In this document: positions 1 to 10,465 of the stretch, piece by piece
Position numbering within the stretch: the stretch's first letter is position 1
Layout: the number at the start of each line of letters is the position of its first letter
From: an uncultured delta proteobacterium
GTDB taxonomy: Bacteria > Myxococcota_A > Polyangia > Polyangiales > Polyangiaceae
Assembly: GCA_963716725.1 (NCBI GenBank)
Contig: CAVQUB010000020.1
Span: 96,001-160,000 of the forward strand
Direction of reading: 5' to 3'
Length of the DNA stretch: 64,000 nt
Position numbers and translations under genes: made by a program
The notes under the pieces: model-generated
Databases searched by the model: none
Seen by the model: the letters and a program-made list of their open reading frames with translations, nothing else
What the model was told of the DNA's origin: nothing

Positions 1-1
1 A

Positions 2-1042
2 GCGCTGGCCGACCTCCGCGAAGGCAAGCTCGCGCCCGTCTACCTGGTCGCGGGCGAAGAGCGACACCTGGCGCTGGACGTCGTGCGCGCGGTGCGCGAC
101 GTTGCTCTCGCGGGCGCGACTCCTGGCTTGAACGAAGAGCAGATGGTGGCCGGCGAGGTCACGGCACGAGCCGTGCTGTCGGCCGCCCGCACCCTGCCGA
201 TGTTCGCGAAACGGCGGCTGGTGGTCCTGCGCTCTCTCGAGCGCTGGGACGCGCACGGTGAAAAGAAGGCGAACTCCGAGGCCCTGGATCAGCTCGCCGA
301 CTACCTGGACGACCCCTCGCCAAGCACGGTGCTGCTCCTGGTCGCGGGCAAGCTGGACAAACGCCGTAGGCTCTACACCAGCGCACAGAAGAAGGGCTTC
401 CTGGTGGTGTGCGAGCCCCTCAAGCGCGACGCCCTCCCGGGCTGGATCACCCGGGCAGTGCGCGAACGCGGCAACACCGCCGCGGCCGGCGTTGCCGACC
501 TGATCGCGGAGCTCGCCGGTCCCGAGCTGGGCGCAGTGGCCGACGCCGTCGAACGCGTCTGCCTCTTCGCCGGTGAGGGCGCCGAGCTGACCGAGGATCA
601 CGTCGCCGAGTGCATTGTCCGCCTCAGACCGACCACTGTCTGGGAGCTGGTCGATGCCGTGGGGGCGCGGGACGCGGGGCGCGCCCTGTCGACACTCGCC
701 GGTGTCTACGATCCCTCCGATCGTGGTCTGAGGCTGGTGGGTGTGCTCGCCTGGTCTGCCAGGCAGCTGCTCAAATTCGAGTCCGCCACGCGTGGCGGGG
801 CGAGCCCGGAGGACGCCGCGAAACGCGCCGGCGCGCCGCCCTTCAAGGCCCGGGACCTCGCCAAGCAGACGCGGCAGACCTCCCGGGCCGACCTGGAGGA
901 CTGGCTGGAAACCCTGGCAGGTCTCGATTTCGCGCTCAAGGGTGGCTCCAAGCGACAACCGCAAGCCGTGCTCGAACACGCCATCCTGGCGCTCTGCACC
1001 AAGGACCGCCCGCGGGCCGCGCCGGCGCGCCGCCCCGCTTGA
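2..1042 (+). CDS. holA: DNA polymerase III subunit delta (5'-truncated by window edge)
   Basis: The frame is open from base 2 (ALADLREGKLAPVYLVAGEERHL). It continues with RTLPMFAKRRLVV, YLDDPSPSTVLLLVAGKLDKRRRL and a C-terminal LDFALKGG motif typical of HolA. Confidence 0.9.
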   Translation, partial: ALADLREGKLAPVYLVAGEERHLALDVVRAVRDVALAGATPGLNEEQMVAGEVTARAVLSAARTLPMFAKRRLVVLRSLERWDAHGEKKANSEALDQLADYLDDPSPSTVLLLVAGKLDKRRRLYTSAQKKGFLVVCEPLKRDALPGWITRAVRERGNTAAAGVADLIAELAGPELGAVADAVERVCLFAGEGAELTEDHVAECIVRLRPTTVWELVDAVGARDAGRALSTLAGVYDPSDRGLRLVGVLAWSARQLLKFESATRGGASPEDAAKRAGAPPFKARDLAKQTRQTSRADLEDWLETLAGLDFALKGGSKRQPQAVLEHAILALCTKDRPRAAPARRPA

Positions 1043-1094
1043 CCGATCCGGAGCCCAGCCCCATGCTCCGATTCGTTGAGCGCGGCCCTAGCGC

Positions 1095-1823
1095 ATGATC
1101 CGCTTCCCGGGCCGCCAGACACCGCACATGACGAAGGAAAGCCGCCATTTGGAGCACTTGGCTCGCGCGCCGCTTCCGACGCGTTTCGGGACCTTCGAGC
1201 TACACGTCTATCGCTGGGACGATCCGGACGCGGATCCGAGTCTGTCGGACGAGCACCTCGCGCTGGTCATGGGCGACGTTCGAGGTCAGAGCGGCGTGGC
1301 GGTCCGCGTTCACTCCGAGTGCCTCACCAGTGAGGTGTTTGCGTCGTTGAAATGCGACTGCAAGGGCCAGCTCGAGCGCGCCCAGGCCGAGATCGCCAAA
1401 CGCGGATCCGGAGTGCTCCTCTACCTCCGCCAAGAAGGGCGCGGCATCGGCCTCGCCAACAAGATCCGCGCCTACGCGCTGCAAGCCGAGGGCGCCGACA
1501 CCATCGAGGCCAACCAGCGGCTTCACCTGCCCATTGACGCGCGAGAGTACGACGTCGCCGTGGCCATCTTGCGAGATCTCGGCGTGGAGTCGGTCGTGTT
1601 GATGACCAACAACCCGGCCAAGGTCGACGCGCTCTCGGCCCTGGGCATGACCGTCGAAGAGCGCATCCCGATGTTGGTGGCCGCCAACCCCTTCAGTCAG
1701 GCCTACCTCGAGGTGAAGAAGCGCAAGATGCAGCACGAGCTGCCGAGCGGCGTCTTCAACCAGAAGCCCGAGCCCGAGCCGACTGAAGGATCCGAGGGCC
1801 CCGATCCCGCTGCGGCGCACTGA
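1095..1823 (+). CDS. ribA: GTP cyclohydrolase II (stand-alone RibA); true start may be ATG 1128
   Basis: Motifs LPTRFGTF, VRVHSECLTSEVFASLKCDC, RQEGRGIGLANKIRAY and MTNNPAK. Confidence 0.95.
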   Translation: MIRFPGRQTPHMTKESRHLEHLARAPLPTRFGTFELHVYRWDDPDADPSLSDEHLALVMGDVRGQSGVAVRVHSECLTSEVFASLKCDCKGQLERAQAEIAKRGSGVLLYLRQEGRGIGLANKIRAYALQAEGADTIEANQRLHLPIDAREYDVAVAILRDLGVESVVLMTNNPAKVDALSALGMTVEERIPMLVAANPFSQAYLEVKKRKMQHELPSGVFNQKPEPEPTEGSEGPDPAAAH

Positions 1824-1841
1824 CCCTGCAGTGCGTCGTCT

Positions 1842-2471
1842 TCAGTGCTCCGCGCCGCACTTGCCGAGCACATAGTCGGGCTGGCACTGGCAGACGCACT
1901 GGGCGTAGCGCGAGCCCGCCGCGCAGTTCGGTATCACCCACACGCTGCTCGCGCCGCTGCGCTGCGCCACCGCGGGATCTGTGACGCGCACGCTGAGGAT
2001 CCACGGGACCCCGTTCACGGGCCGCGCCCCGTAGTTCGGGCACGGCACCAGGTGGGAGAAGTCCGCGCTGCTCTGGTTGTCGGACTCGACCGCGCCGGCC
2101 TCGGCGAGGCTCGGCACGAAACGAACCTCCCGCTCGTCCGAGACCAGCGCCGTGCCGTCCTCGGGGTTCACCAGCTCGGTGGCGATCCGCACCGTTCCCG
2201 CATCGAGCCCGCGCACCCGGGCTCCGATGAACATGGCGTAGCCGCCCTGCGAGGCGAAACGCACCGCGACGGGATCCCCGTCGGACACCAGCGTGATGGG
2301 CGAGCCCTCAGCCTGAAAGAAGCCGGGCTGGACGACGACCGGGGGCCAGACCGTCGCCGCGTCGGCCTTGACGGGACCGGCTGTGCCTTCGTCGAGGGTG
2401 CGAGCGCCGCAGGCCGAACCGCCCACGCAGAGCACCACCGCCAACGTGGTTCTGACCGCGAGCGGTGGCAC
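1842..2471 (-). CDS. hypothetical lipoprotein with Cys-rich C-terminus
   Basis: GTG at 2471 lies directly after the glmU stop. Signal-like VRTTLAVVLCVGGSAC; ends CVCQCQPDYVLGKCGAEH. Confidence 0.6.
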   Translation of the reverse strand: MPPLAVRTTLAVVLCVGGSACGARTLDEGTAGPVKADAATVWPPVVVQPGFFQAEGSPITLVSDGDPVAVRFASQGGYAMFIGARVRGLDAGTVRIATELVNPEDGTALVSDEREVRFVPSLAEAGAVESDNQSSADFSHLVPCPNYGARPVNGVPWILSVRVTDPAVAQRSGASSVWVIPNCAAGSRYAQCVCQCQPDYVLGKCGAEH

Positions 2472-2472
2472 C

Positions 2473-3879
2473 TCACTCGCCCGCCTTCTTCCGCCTGGCC
2501 GCCGCGGCCAAGCGCGCCTTGAGCCGCGGCGCATAGCCGGCCTTGTTCTCTTGGCTGATGCGGCCGATGGCCAGAGCCTCGTCGGGCACGTCCTTCGTCA
2601 CCGTGGTGCCGGTCGCCACGTACGCGTCGCGGCCGATGCGCACTGGCGCGACGATCTGGCTGTCGCTGCCGATGAACGCGCCCGGTCCGATCACGGTGAT
2701 GTGTTTCTGAAAGCCATCGTAGTTGCAGAAGATGGTTCCGGCGCCGACGTTCGCTCCCTCGCCGATTTCGCCGTCGCCGAGATAGGCCAGATGATTCGCC
2801 TTGGCCCCGCGCGCGACGCGGGTCTTCTTGGTCTCGACGAAGTTGCCGATGTGGGCGTCGGGGCCGATCTCACTCCCCGGGCGCAGGTGGGCAAAGGGGC
2901 CGATCTGGGCTCCGGAATCGACGCGGCTCTCGGTGATCACGCTGTAGGGCTTCACCGTGGCGCGCTCGCCGATCTCCGAGTCGGTGATCACGCTGCCGAC
3001 GTCCACCAGCGCGCCGGCGCCGATCTTGGATTTGCCACGGAGGATCACGCCGGCGTCGATCACCGCGTCGATACCGACCGCCACACCGGCGTCGATGCGG
3101 GCATCGCCGCGCACGGTCGCTCCCTCGAGTTGATGGCTGCGAGCGATCCGCTGAAAGAGCAGCGTCTCGGCCTGCGCAAGCTGGCTCCGATCATTGACGC
3201 CCAGCAGGTTGTCCGCGTGGCCGACGATGGCGACCGCTCCTCCGCCGACCGCCGCGAGGGCCACGGCGTCAGTCAGATAGTACTCGCCCGCGGCGTTGTC
3301 GGCGGTGATGCCCTCGAGCGCCGCGCGGAGCGCCGCGGTGCGCGCCACGTAGACTCCGGCGTTCACCTCGCGGACCGCGCGTTCAGCGTCGCTGCGCAGA
3401 TCCCGGTGCTCGCGGACCTCGAGCACCTTGCCACTGCCATCGCGCAATACGCGACCATAGCCCTGGGGCTCGTCGAGCAGAGCGCTCATCAGGCAGAGCT
3501 CGTGCTCGCCAAGGGCGCCGAGGAGCGCACGCAGATCGTCGGCGCGCACCAGCGGCGTGTCGCCGCACAGGATCATCACGCGGTCGGTCCGGACCACGCC
3601 GATCCCCGCCTTCACCGCGTCGCCCGTCCCGCGCGGCACCTCTTGCACCGCCACGCTGACCGGTGCGTGCGGTAGCTCGGCGGCGAGCACCGCGGCGACG
3701 CGATCCTTCACATCGGGACTCACCACGCAGACGACGGCCTCGGCGCCCGCGTCGAGGGCGGAACGAATTGGAAACAGGACCAAGGGCCAACCCGCGGCGC
3801 GGTGCAGCACCTTGGGCAGCGTGCTCTTCATGCGTTTGCCGAGACCGGCGGCCAGGACGATGGCGGTGAGAGCGCTCAT
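2473..3879 (-). CDS. glmU: bifunctional UDP-GlcNAc pyrophosphorylase / glucosamine-1-P N-acetyltransferase
   Basis: IVLAAGLGKRMKSTLPKVLH, GTGDAV, GEYYLTD, hexapeptide repeats, ANHLAYLGD and GTIFCNYDG. Start is MSALTAIV at ATG 3879. Confidence 0.97.
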   Translation of the reverse strand: MSALTAIVLAAGLGKRMKSTLPKVLHRAAGWPLVLFPIRSALDAGAEAVVCVVSPDVKDRVAAVLAAELPHAPVSVAVQEVPRGTGDAVKAGIGVVRTDRVMILCGDTPLVRADDLRALLGALGEHELCLMSALLDEPQGYGRVLRDGSGKVLEVREHRDLRSDAERAVREVNAGVYVARTAALRAALEGITADNAAGEYYLTDAVALAAVGGGAVAIVGHADNLLGVNDRSQLAQAETLLFQRIARSHQLEGATVRGDARIDAGVAVGIDAVIDAGVILRGKSKIGAGALVDVGSVITDSEIGERATVKPYSVITESRVDSGAQIGPFAHLRPGSEIGPDAHIGNFVETKKTRVARGAKANHLAYLGDGEIGEGANVGAGTIFCNYDGFQKHITVIGPGAFIGSDSQIVAPVRIGRDAYVATGTTVTKDVPDEALAIGRISQENKAGYAPRLKARLAAAARRKKAGE

Positions 3880-3983
3880 GGCTGCGCTGATTTCGCACGG
3901 TCTGGCCCGCGGGTCACGGATGCCGCGACGCGTCACACGGCGCCACCCGCCCGGACCGCCGAGGCAGCGTAAACTAGCCGACC

Positions 3984-6900
3984 ATGCGACGCTCCTATCG
4001 GAAGACCACGCTGGTGGTCGGGGTTGCCTTGTCCCTGTCCGCCGCCTGCTCCGGGGACTTCGACGACCGGCGCAAGCTCCGGGAGCCGGTTGGCACCCTC
4101 GGCGACGACATGTACTCGGCGCTCTGCGATCGCGTCGGCGCCTCCGTGCTCACCGAGGACGTCTACGGCGCCTCCTACCGCGGGGTCTGTCACCGCGACG
4201 CGGCGGGCAAGTACCGAGATCAGGTGGACCAGAGCAAGCTGCCGGCCATCAAGGATCCGCTCAGCGGATCGGGCGTGGTTCGCACGCTGGCCATCGCCAA
4301 GGTCGAGGCGATGGGCAAGCGCCGCGTCGATCTGATCCAGGCCTTCAACGCCACCTTCAGCGACGAGCCGATGCCGGATCCATTCCATCCGGGCAAGACG
4401 GTGAAGGGCCACGTCGCGCTCCAGCGCTTCTTGCAGCGCATCGTGCCGCTCTACGAGACGAACCCGGTGAACAAGCAAGGCTCGGGATCTCGCGAAGGCC
4501 TGATGCCCAGCGTGACGCGCTCGACGGGGCGCCTCTTCGCGGCCCTCGCCGGTCCCGGCAAAGACCCCTACGCGAAGTACGGAGATCCGGCCAAGGCCAA
4601 GAAGGCCCAAGAAGCGCTGTCTCGTCTGTCGGGACGCCTGGGTTATCGCCCGCTGCGCGTGGCCCTCGGCGCCATCAAGCCCTCCATGGCCTACCCGGAG
4701 CTGCGCCAGCTCACGCAGACCCTGGCGCTGCGCTTGCGCCCGCCGAGCAAGAACGCCGCGCCGGGCACCGGCACCATGCGCGACGCGTTCCAGAACGTGC
4801 TCGGGATGGCGCAGCACGAGCTCTCGACCAGCCTCGAGGCGCCGCTGCCCATCGCCTACGCGCTCAGCGACGCGGCCAAGCTCCAACCCAATCGGCCACG
4901 CACCAACTCGGAGGTGGCGCGGGCCATCATGCTGAGCACCGATCCGGCCTTCGAGAAGCCCGGTGCGCTGCCCCACTACCTGGTGGTGCGGGACTCGCGG
5001 GGCTACGCGGTGCCCACGGGCAACCAGCCGGGCGTGGTCGGGACCGTCGGCGGCGCGTTCTACGACGGCGACGGCGACGGCTTCGCCGACGTGGACGCGC
5101 GCGGGCGCTTCCTGGGGCCTGCAGGCGTCGCGCAAATCGACACGCCCTTCTTCGTGCCCGGCCTGCCGCGGGTGCTGCCGCCCGATGCCTTCGGACGCGC
5201 CGTCGATCCTTCGGGCACGCCCCTCTTTGCCTACCTCGACACGAGCCAGACCTTCGTCGGCTCGACCACGCGCGATCTCGAGCCGCTGCTCAATCCCGAT
5301 CCCGTCGCCGAGAGCGAGGCCCTCGCCGATCTCTTGAGCGGCGCCTACGCGCTCTACGGCGATCCGATCCAGAACAAGGCCGACTGGGGCGTCGGCGGCG
5401 TCTACCCGACCTTCGACACCGCGCAGTCGCCCCTCGCCGATCTGACCCACGCGACGGGCTGGATGTTCGCCCACAAGAACAGCGACGTGCACCTGAAGAT
5501 GGTCGGCAAGCTGTTCAAGGATCACGAACAGACCATGGCTCGACTGATCGGCGCCTCACTGAAGATCCGAGAAGTCAGCAACGCCCACCCCGAGGCCAAG
5601 TTCGATCCGACGGTCACGATCTGGGACGAGCTCCAGGAGATCATCGTCAAGACCGCCAAGGATCCGAAGCTGTTCAAGGACGTGCTCCGGGCGCTGGCGC
5701 ACCCTGACACCCAGGCCTACCTGGGCAAGGCCTACAGCAACTACGCCAAGTACAAGGACGCCCTCTACTACAACACCAACGACATCAACGGCGCGCTGGT
5801 GAACCTGACGGATCCCACCAACCCCGAACCCCACGTGCCGCCGGACACCACGCAGCCGGACGCCGGGGACAACCGCAGCAACCTGCACCGCATCTTCCAG
5901 CTCATCCACGACGTGAACGGCGTGAACGCCTGCAACAGGCCCGGCGCGAAGGTCCGAATCCAGGTGCTCGGGCTGAACATCTCGTGGCCCCTGATCGGCT
6001 CGTACGAGGAGTGCGAGCTCTTCGACTTCCAGAACATGGGCCTGTTCTACCTGGACTCGATCTTGGGCAAGGCCAAGCTGAACGTGAAGTCAGACGTGCT
6101 CAACTCCCTGATGAACGCGGCGAAGGTCTTCTCGGATCCGAACCAGATGTTCGAAGAGTCGAGCGGCATCGACGGCATGACCCTGACCCCGGAGCCCCGG
6201 GGCCTGAACCGCCTGGTGTTCTTCGGCGCGCAGACCGCCAAGTTCGATGCGCTCTTTGGCGGCACCATGCCCGACCGCGACCCGAACTTCAGCGGCAAGA
6301 ACAAGGTCACCAACGACTTCGTCGCGGCGACCATCGATCCGGTCTCCACCTCGGTCTGCCCCGAGCGTCTGGTCACGAACCCCAAGGGCCAGCCCCCGCA
6401 GCTTTGGCTCTCGGATTGCTCGCTGCCGGGCGGCATGCCGAGCGACGTGCTCAGGATCCGCGGCAAGGGCACCATCTTCCTCTGGGAGAAGTACGAGTTC
6501 TACAAGGCCATGAAGCCGCTGCTCGCGGCCTTCGCCAACAACGGCGCCGGCCAGACCTTCCTCGACAGCGTCGAGACCTTGTACCGCCACTGGCCCACCG
6601 AGCAGCACGGCCCAGAGTGCAACGCGAACATCCCCGCGGGCCTCGGCTTCGCGGATCGCCCCTGGCAGAAGTTTCTGACCCAGTCGGACGCCCAATCGCA
6701 CAAGGTGAACCCGGCCTACAACGCCAAGTGGTGCAATCCGAGCGGCGGCACGCGCTACGAGCCGGTCCTGGCCGAGGCCTTCGCCGGCGACATCATCCCG
6801 GCCTTGGGCGAGCTGATCAAAGCCCTCGACGACCCGAACTTCGTCAAGGACGAGCGCAACGGCGGCGTCGCCAAGAGCGGGCTCGACGTGCTGCACGAGA

Positions 6901-7913
6901 TGACCGTCGCCATGATGGATCCCGACTACGCCGCGAGCGTGGGCATGGTCGATCGCGCAGGCGACAAGGGCGGCAAGTGGGCCAACGGTCTGATCGCCAA
7001 GCCCCAGCTGACCCTCTTCGACATGTTCGCGGACTCGATGGCCAAGATCGACGCGCGCCTCCAGCCGGGCAGCCCCCGCTTCACGCGCTGGAAGCGCGCG
7101 CGCAGCAAGCTGGTGGACCAGTTCTTGGCCGTGGACGGCGACGGCACGGCGGCGGTGTTCCACAACCAGGCGTTCATCAAGAGCGTCCCGATTCTGGTCG
7201 ACGTCATCCGGGAGCAGATCAACGCCAACTGCCCCGACCGCGAGACCAACCCCATGGCCTGCGCGTGGGCGGTCAAAGATCTCGGCGCCAAGACCGCCGA
7301 GAGCATCGGCGGCCCAATGTTCGGGACCACGATGACGCTCCTGGATCTGATCAACGAGGACGAAGAGGCTCGCCGCGCCCTCGAGCGTCACCTGCGCTAT
7401 CTGGTCCAGGAGGCGAGCTCGAACGACGCCATGATCAGCATGCTGGCCAGCTCCGCCGACATGATGCAAATCTTGTCGGACGATTTGAACATGCCCGCCA
7501 TCTACAACGCGGTGGCCACGGCCGCGGCGCCCGAAGACGCGACCGCCAACGACCAGCCGACCCCCGGCACCGCCGACCGCGTGCTCGAGCTGCTGGACGC
7601 GCTCACCGCCGAGCCGGTGGTGAACGGCAAGGCCCAGCCGAACCCCTACGATCCCTACCGATTCCAGGACCGGTTGCTGGCCAACCTGGTAACGCCGCTC
7701 GATCCGAACAACACCGACAGCCTGACGCCCCTGGAGATTTTCTTGGACACCTTCGCCGAGGTCAACCGCCTCGACGCCAGCGCGGGGCGCGAAGAGCCGC
7801 TCTCACCCGACGACCTCGAGCTCGTGTTCGCGACCATGCGGGACTTCTTGACCAGCAAGACGCGCGGCATGGAGCAGCTCTACGAAATCATGCGACACCG
7901 AAACGGCGAGTAG
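3984..7913 (+). CDS. large (1309 aa) uncharacterised lipoprotein
   Basis: Long ORF with strong GC3 bias. Lipoprotein signal (VVGVALSLSAAC), a DGDGDGFADVD Ca-binding-like loop and scattered Cys. Confidence 0.85.
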   Translation: MRRSYRKTTLVVGVALSLSAACSGDFDDRRKLREPVGTLGDDMYSALCDRVGASVLTEDVYGASYRGVCHRDAAGKYRDQVDQSKLPAIKDPLSGSGVVRTLAIAKVEAMGKRRVDLIQAFNATFSDEPMPDPFHPGKTVKGHVALQRFLQRIVPLYETNPVNKQGSGSREGLMPSVTRSTGRLFAALAGPGKDPYAKYGDPAKAKKAQEALSRLSGRLGYRPLRVALGAIKPSMAYPELRQLTQTLALRLRPPSKNAAPGTGTMRDAFQNVLGMAQHELSTSLEAPLPIAYALSDAAKLQPNRPRTNSEVARAIMLSTDPAFEKPGALPHYLVVRDSRGYAVPTGNQPGVVGTVGGAFYDGDGDGFADVDARGRFLGPAGVAQIDTPFFVPGLPRVLPPDAFGRAVDPSGTPLFAYLDTSQTFVGSTTRDLEPLLNPDPVAESEALADLLSGAYALYGDPIQNKADWGVGGVYPTFDTAQSPLADLTHATGWMFAHKNSDVHLKMVGKLFKDHEQTMARLIGASLKIREVSNAHPEAKFDPTVTIWDELQEIIVKTAKDPKLFKDVLRALAHPDTQAYLGKAYSNYAKYKDALYYNTNDINGALVNLTDPTNPEPHVPPDTTQPDAGDNRSNLHRIFQLIHDVNGVNACNRPGAKVRIQVLGLNISWPLIGSYEECELFDFQNMGLFYLDSILGKAKLNVKSDVLNSLMNAAKVFSDPNQMFEESSGIDGMTLTPEPRGLNRLVFFGAQTAKFDALFGGTMPDRDPNFSGKNKVTNDFVAATIDPVSTSVCPERLVTNPKGQPPQLWLSDCSLPGGMPSDVLRIRGKGTIFLWEKYEFYKAMKPLLAAFANNGAGQTFLDSVETLYRHWPTEQHGPECNANIPAGLGFADRPWQKFLTQSDAQSHKVNPAYNAKWCNPSGGTRYEPVLAEAFAGDIIPALGELIKALDDPNFVKDERNGGVAKSGLDVLHEMTVAMMDPDYAASVGMVDRAGDKGGKWANGLIAKPQLTLFDMFADSMAKIDARLQPGSPRFTRWKRARSKLVDQFLAVDGDGTAAVFHNQAFIKSVPILVDVIREQINANCPDRETNPMACAWAVKDLGAKTAESIGGPMFGTTMTLLDLINEDEEARRALERHLRYLVQEASSNDAMISMLASSADMMQILSDDLNMPAIYNAVATAAAPEDATANDQPTPGTADRVLELLDALTAEPVVNGKAQPNPYDPYRFQDRLLANLVTPLDPNNTDSLTPLEIFLDTFAEVNRLDASAGREEPLSPDDLELVFATMRDFLTSKTRGMEQLYEIMRHRNGE

Positions 7914-8051
7914 CGGTGGGCGCACCAGGGCCAGGCAGCGCGGCGCCAGATCCGGCGGCCGCCGCCCAGAACCGCCGGCGCGGTCCTGGCTCGGAGTCGG
8001 GCGCGCGATCGCGCTCGCGATTCGGGCTGGGATCTGCCTTAATGCTCCAAG

Positions 8052-9710
8052 GTGACAGGAGGGCGATCGTTGCGAAGCGCTAGCGCATGCGCGTTCGGAT
8101 TGGTGCTCGCGACTGCGACGCACTCGCAGGGCGCCGGCCTCTATTTCGGAGACCGCGGAGTGCGGCCGCTGGGACGGGCCGGGGCCTTCGTGGCCGGAGC
8201 GGACGACGGCGGCGCCATCGCCTACAACCCGGCCGGGCTCGCCTTCGCGGGCCACGCCTATCTGGGTGACTTCGCCTGGGTGAACTACACCAGCACCTAC
8301 CAGCGCAAGCAGCTGGTGCGCCAGGTCGATCCAAACACCGGGCAGCCCACCGGACAGACCTGGGAGTTCACCTTCCCGGAGGTGGAGGGCCGCACGCCGG
8401 TCATTCCGATCCCGACGGCGGTCTACTCGAACCCGCTCGGCCAGAAGGACTTCAATTTCGCCTTCGGGCTCCACGCGCCCTACGCGGCAATCACCAGCTT
8501 TCCCGAGAAGGTGAGCGGCCAGCCGGCCCCGCAGCGCTACTCGCTGATCACGCTCGACGGCTCCGCGCTCGCCGTGCTCGGCGCCTACGCTTCGTATCGA
8601 CCCTCGAAAGAGATCGCGCTCGGAGCCGGCATCGAGGCGCTCGCGGGCTACTTCCAGACCACTGTCTACTTCAGCGCGTGCGTGCCCGAGCGGTTCATCT
8701 GCGCCCCCGAGCAACCCGAGTACGACGCCTACGGTCAGCTGCGGGTCGGCCCCATCGTTGCGCCTACCGGGATCATCGGCGCCATCTTCCTGCCCAGTGA
8801 TTCGCTGCGCATCGGCGCCTCGTTTCACCTCCCGGTCTGGATCAACTCCCCCGGAACCCAGAAGGTCCGGCTTCCGGCCGCCGCGGTCTTCGAAGGCGCG
8901 CGCGTCACGGGCGACGCGGTGAACGTGAAGTTCAACCTGCCCTGGGTCGCCCGGCTGGGCATCGAGGTCCGCCCCGCCGACGGGCTCGCGGTCGAAGCCG
9001 GCGTCGCCTACGAAGCCTGGAGCATGCACGACAAGATCACGGTCAGCTCCGAGGACATCGCGATGGAGAACGTCGCGGGCTTTCCGCCGGTCTACAAGAT
9101 CCCGCCGCTCAGCATCGAACGCGGCTTCCGCGATACGTACTCGGCTCGCGTCGGCGGCGAGTACAAGTTCCCGGTGTCGAGCTACGCCCTCGGGCTGCGC
9201 GGCGGCGCAGCGTACGAACGCAGCGCCATCCCCAAAGAGTACCTCTCGGCGACCACCATCGATCTCGACAAGGTGACTCTCTCGGTCGGCGGCAGCCTGT
9301 ACCTGGGCAAATGGCGCTTCGACGGGGTCTTCGCCCGGGTGATCGGGATGCCGGTCGAGGTTGGCACGGACGAGCAGCGCATCGCGCAGCTGAACCCCGT
9401 GCTGGCGAACCCGCCGGCCAATCCCAACTACATCAACGCCGGCAAGTACTCTGCCAGCGCCAACGTACTCGGCGTCGGCTTGGTCTATCAGTTCGACTCT
9501 GCCGCCGAGCCGCCCACCCGCCCGATCTCGATGCCCGCTGAAGACGACGAAGCCGCGCCTCCGAAGTCGAAACCCAAGAGCTCGGAGGCGCCCGAGGAGA
9601 AGTCGGAGCCCGAGCCCAAGCCCAAGAAGGCGGACGACGATTTCGAGAAGGCCTTCGAGCAGGAGCTCGAGAAGAAGCCCCCGAAGAAACCCGGCAAGGG
9701 CAAGAAGTGA
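8052..9710 (+). CDS. outer-membrane transport protein, FadL/OmpP1/TodX family, with charged low-complexity C-terminal tail
   Basis: Signal peptide followed by GVRPLGRAGAFVAGADDGGAIAYNPAGL (FadL plug NPA motif). Beta-barrel pattern ends VGLVYQF, then a Pro/Glu/Lys tail. Confidence 0.85.
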   Translation: MTGGRSLRSASACAFGLVLATATHSQGAGLYFGDRGVRPLGRAGAFVAGADDGGAIAYNPAGLAFAGHAYLGDFAWVNYTSTYQRKQLVRQVDPNTGQPTGQTWEFTFPEVEGRTPVIPIPTAVYSNPLGQKDFNFAFGLHAPYAAITSFPEKVSGQPAPQRYSLITLDGSALAVLGAYASYRPSKEIALGAGIEALAGYFQTTVYFSACVPERFICAPEQPEYDAYGQLRVGPIVAPTGIIGAIFLPSDSLRIGASFHLPVWINSPGTQKVRLPAAAVFEGARVTGDAVNVKFNLPWVARLGIEVRPADGLAVEAGVAYEAWSMHDKITVSSEDIAMENVAGFPPVYKIPPLSIERGFRDTYSARVGGEYKFPVSSYALGLRGGAAYERSAIPKEYLSATTIDLDKVTLSVGGSLYLGKWRFDGVFARVIGMPVEVGTDEQRIAQLNPVLANPPANPNYINAGKYSASANVLGVGLVYQFDSAAEPPTRPISMPAEDDEAAPPKSKPKSSEAPEEKSEPEPKPKKADDDFEKAFEQELEKKPPKKPGKGKK

Positions 9711-10454
9711 TCAGCGCGACTCGTAGACCCGGAGCGCCGGCAGCTCGAGCGCGGTGAGGAAGCCACCCTCCTTGCCGCAGCGCGTGTCGATCGCCACCAC
9801 GTCACCGCGGTACCAGAGGTCGGTCGGATCCTCCGGCGTGTAGGTCGATAGCTCGGGCAGCTCTTCGGTGGCGGTGTGGCCGCACACCACGCGCTTACCG
9901 GCGTACTCACTGAAGAACTTTTCGCTGCGCGACCAGAGCAGGACCATCCGATCCTCTGCCTGGCTCGGGTGGAGAAAGCTCCCGTCTTTGTGCGGGAGAC
10001 CGGCGTGCACGTAGATCGCGTGCTCGTCTTCGTAGAAATGCGGTAGCCCCGACAGCCACTGGCTGACCGCTTCGGGGAAGAAGGAAGCCGAAAACAGGGC
10101 TTCCAGATCCTCCTTGTCGGGCGTGGTCTCCGGCAGCGGGCGCCCACGATACGAGCGCACGCAAGCCCAGCAGCCGTTGGGCTGCGGCAGCAGGAACTCG
10201 GGGAACCCGCCGTTCATCGCCCGGAGCCAGCCGTCTTCGTGGTTGCCCCGCAAGAACACCAGCTTGGCCGGCAGCTCGTCGTGCAGCGCCATCAGGCGCT
10301 CGATGACGCCCTTCGAGTCCGGTCCACGGTCAAGGTAGTCACCGAGGAAGACCAGGGTGTCGCCCGCATCGAGGGCCGGCAGGCGCCCGAGCAGCAGGTT
10401 CAGGTGCCCGAGATCGCCGTGCACGTCTCCGACCACCAAGGTGCGCCCCGCCAT
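9711..10454 (-). CDS. metallophosphoesterase / PPP-type Ser/Thr protein phosphatase
   Basis: GDVHG, GDYLDRG, RGNHE, VHAG and GHT motifs. Confidence 0.92.
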   Translation of the reverse strand: MAGRTLVVGDVHGDLGHLNLLLGRLPALDAGDTLVFLGDYLDRGPDSKGVIERLMALHDELPAKLVFLRGNHEDGWLRAMNGGFPEFLLPQPNGCWACVRSYRGRPLPETTPDKEDLEALFSASFFPEAVSQWLSGLPHFYEDEHAIYVHAGLPHKDGSFLHPSQAEDRMVLLWSRSEKFFSEYAGKRVVCGHTATEELPELSTYTPEDPTDLWYRGDVVAIDTRCGKEGGFLTALELPALRVYESR

Positions 10455-10465
10455 CTGTGCTCCGA

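Noticed and set aside
7914..8050. GC-rich intergenic hairpin as an ncRNA or terminator
   Set aside because: The pairing is imperfect and expected at this GC content, and there is no U-tract or recognisable motif.
3557..8083. Long alternative-frame and antisense ORFs (e.g. 3557-5707, 3933-5525, 5984-8083 and many similar)
   Set aside because: These are typical stop-poor shadow frames of high-GC genes with no motifs.
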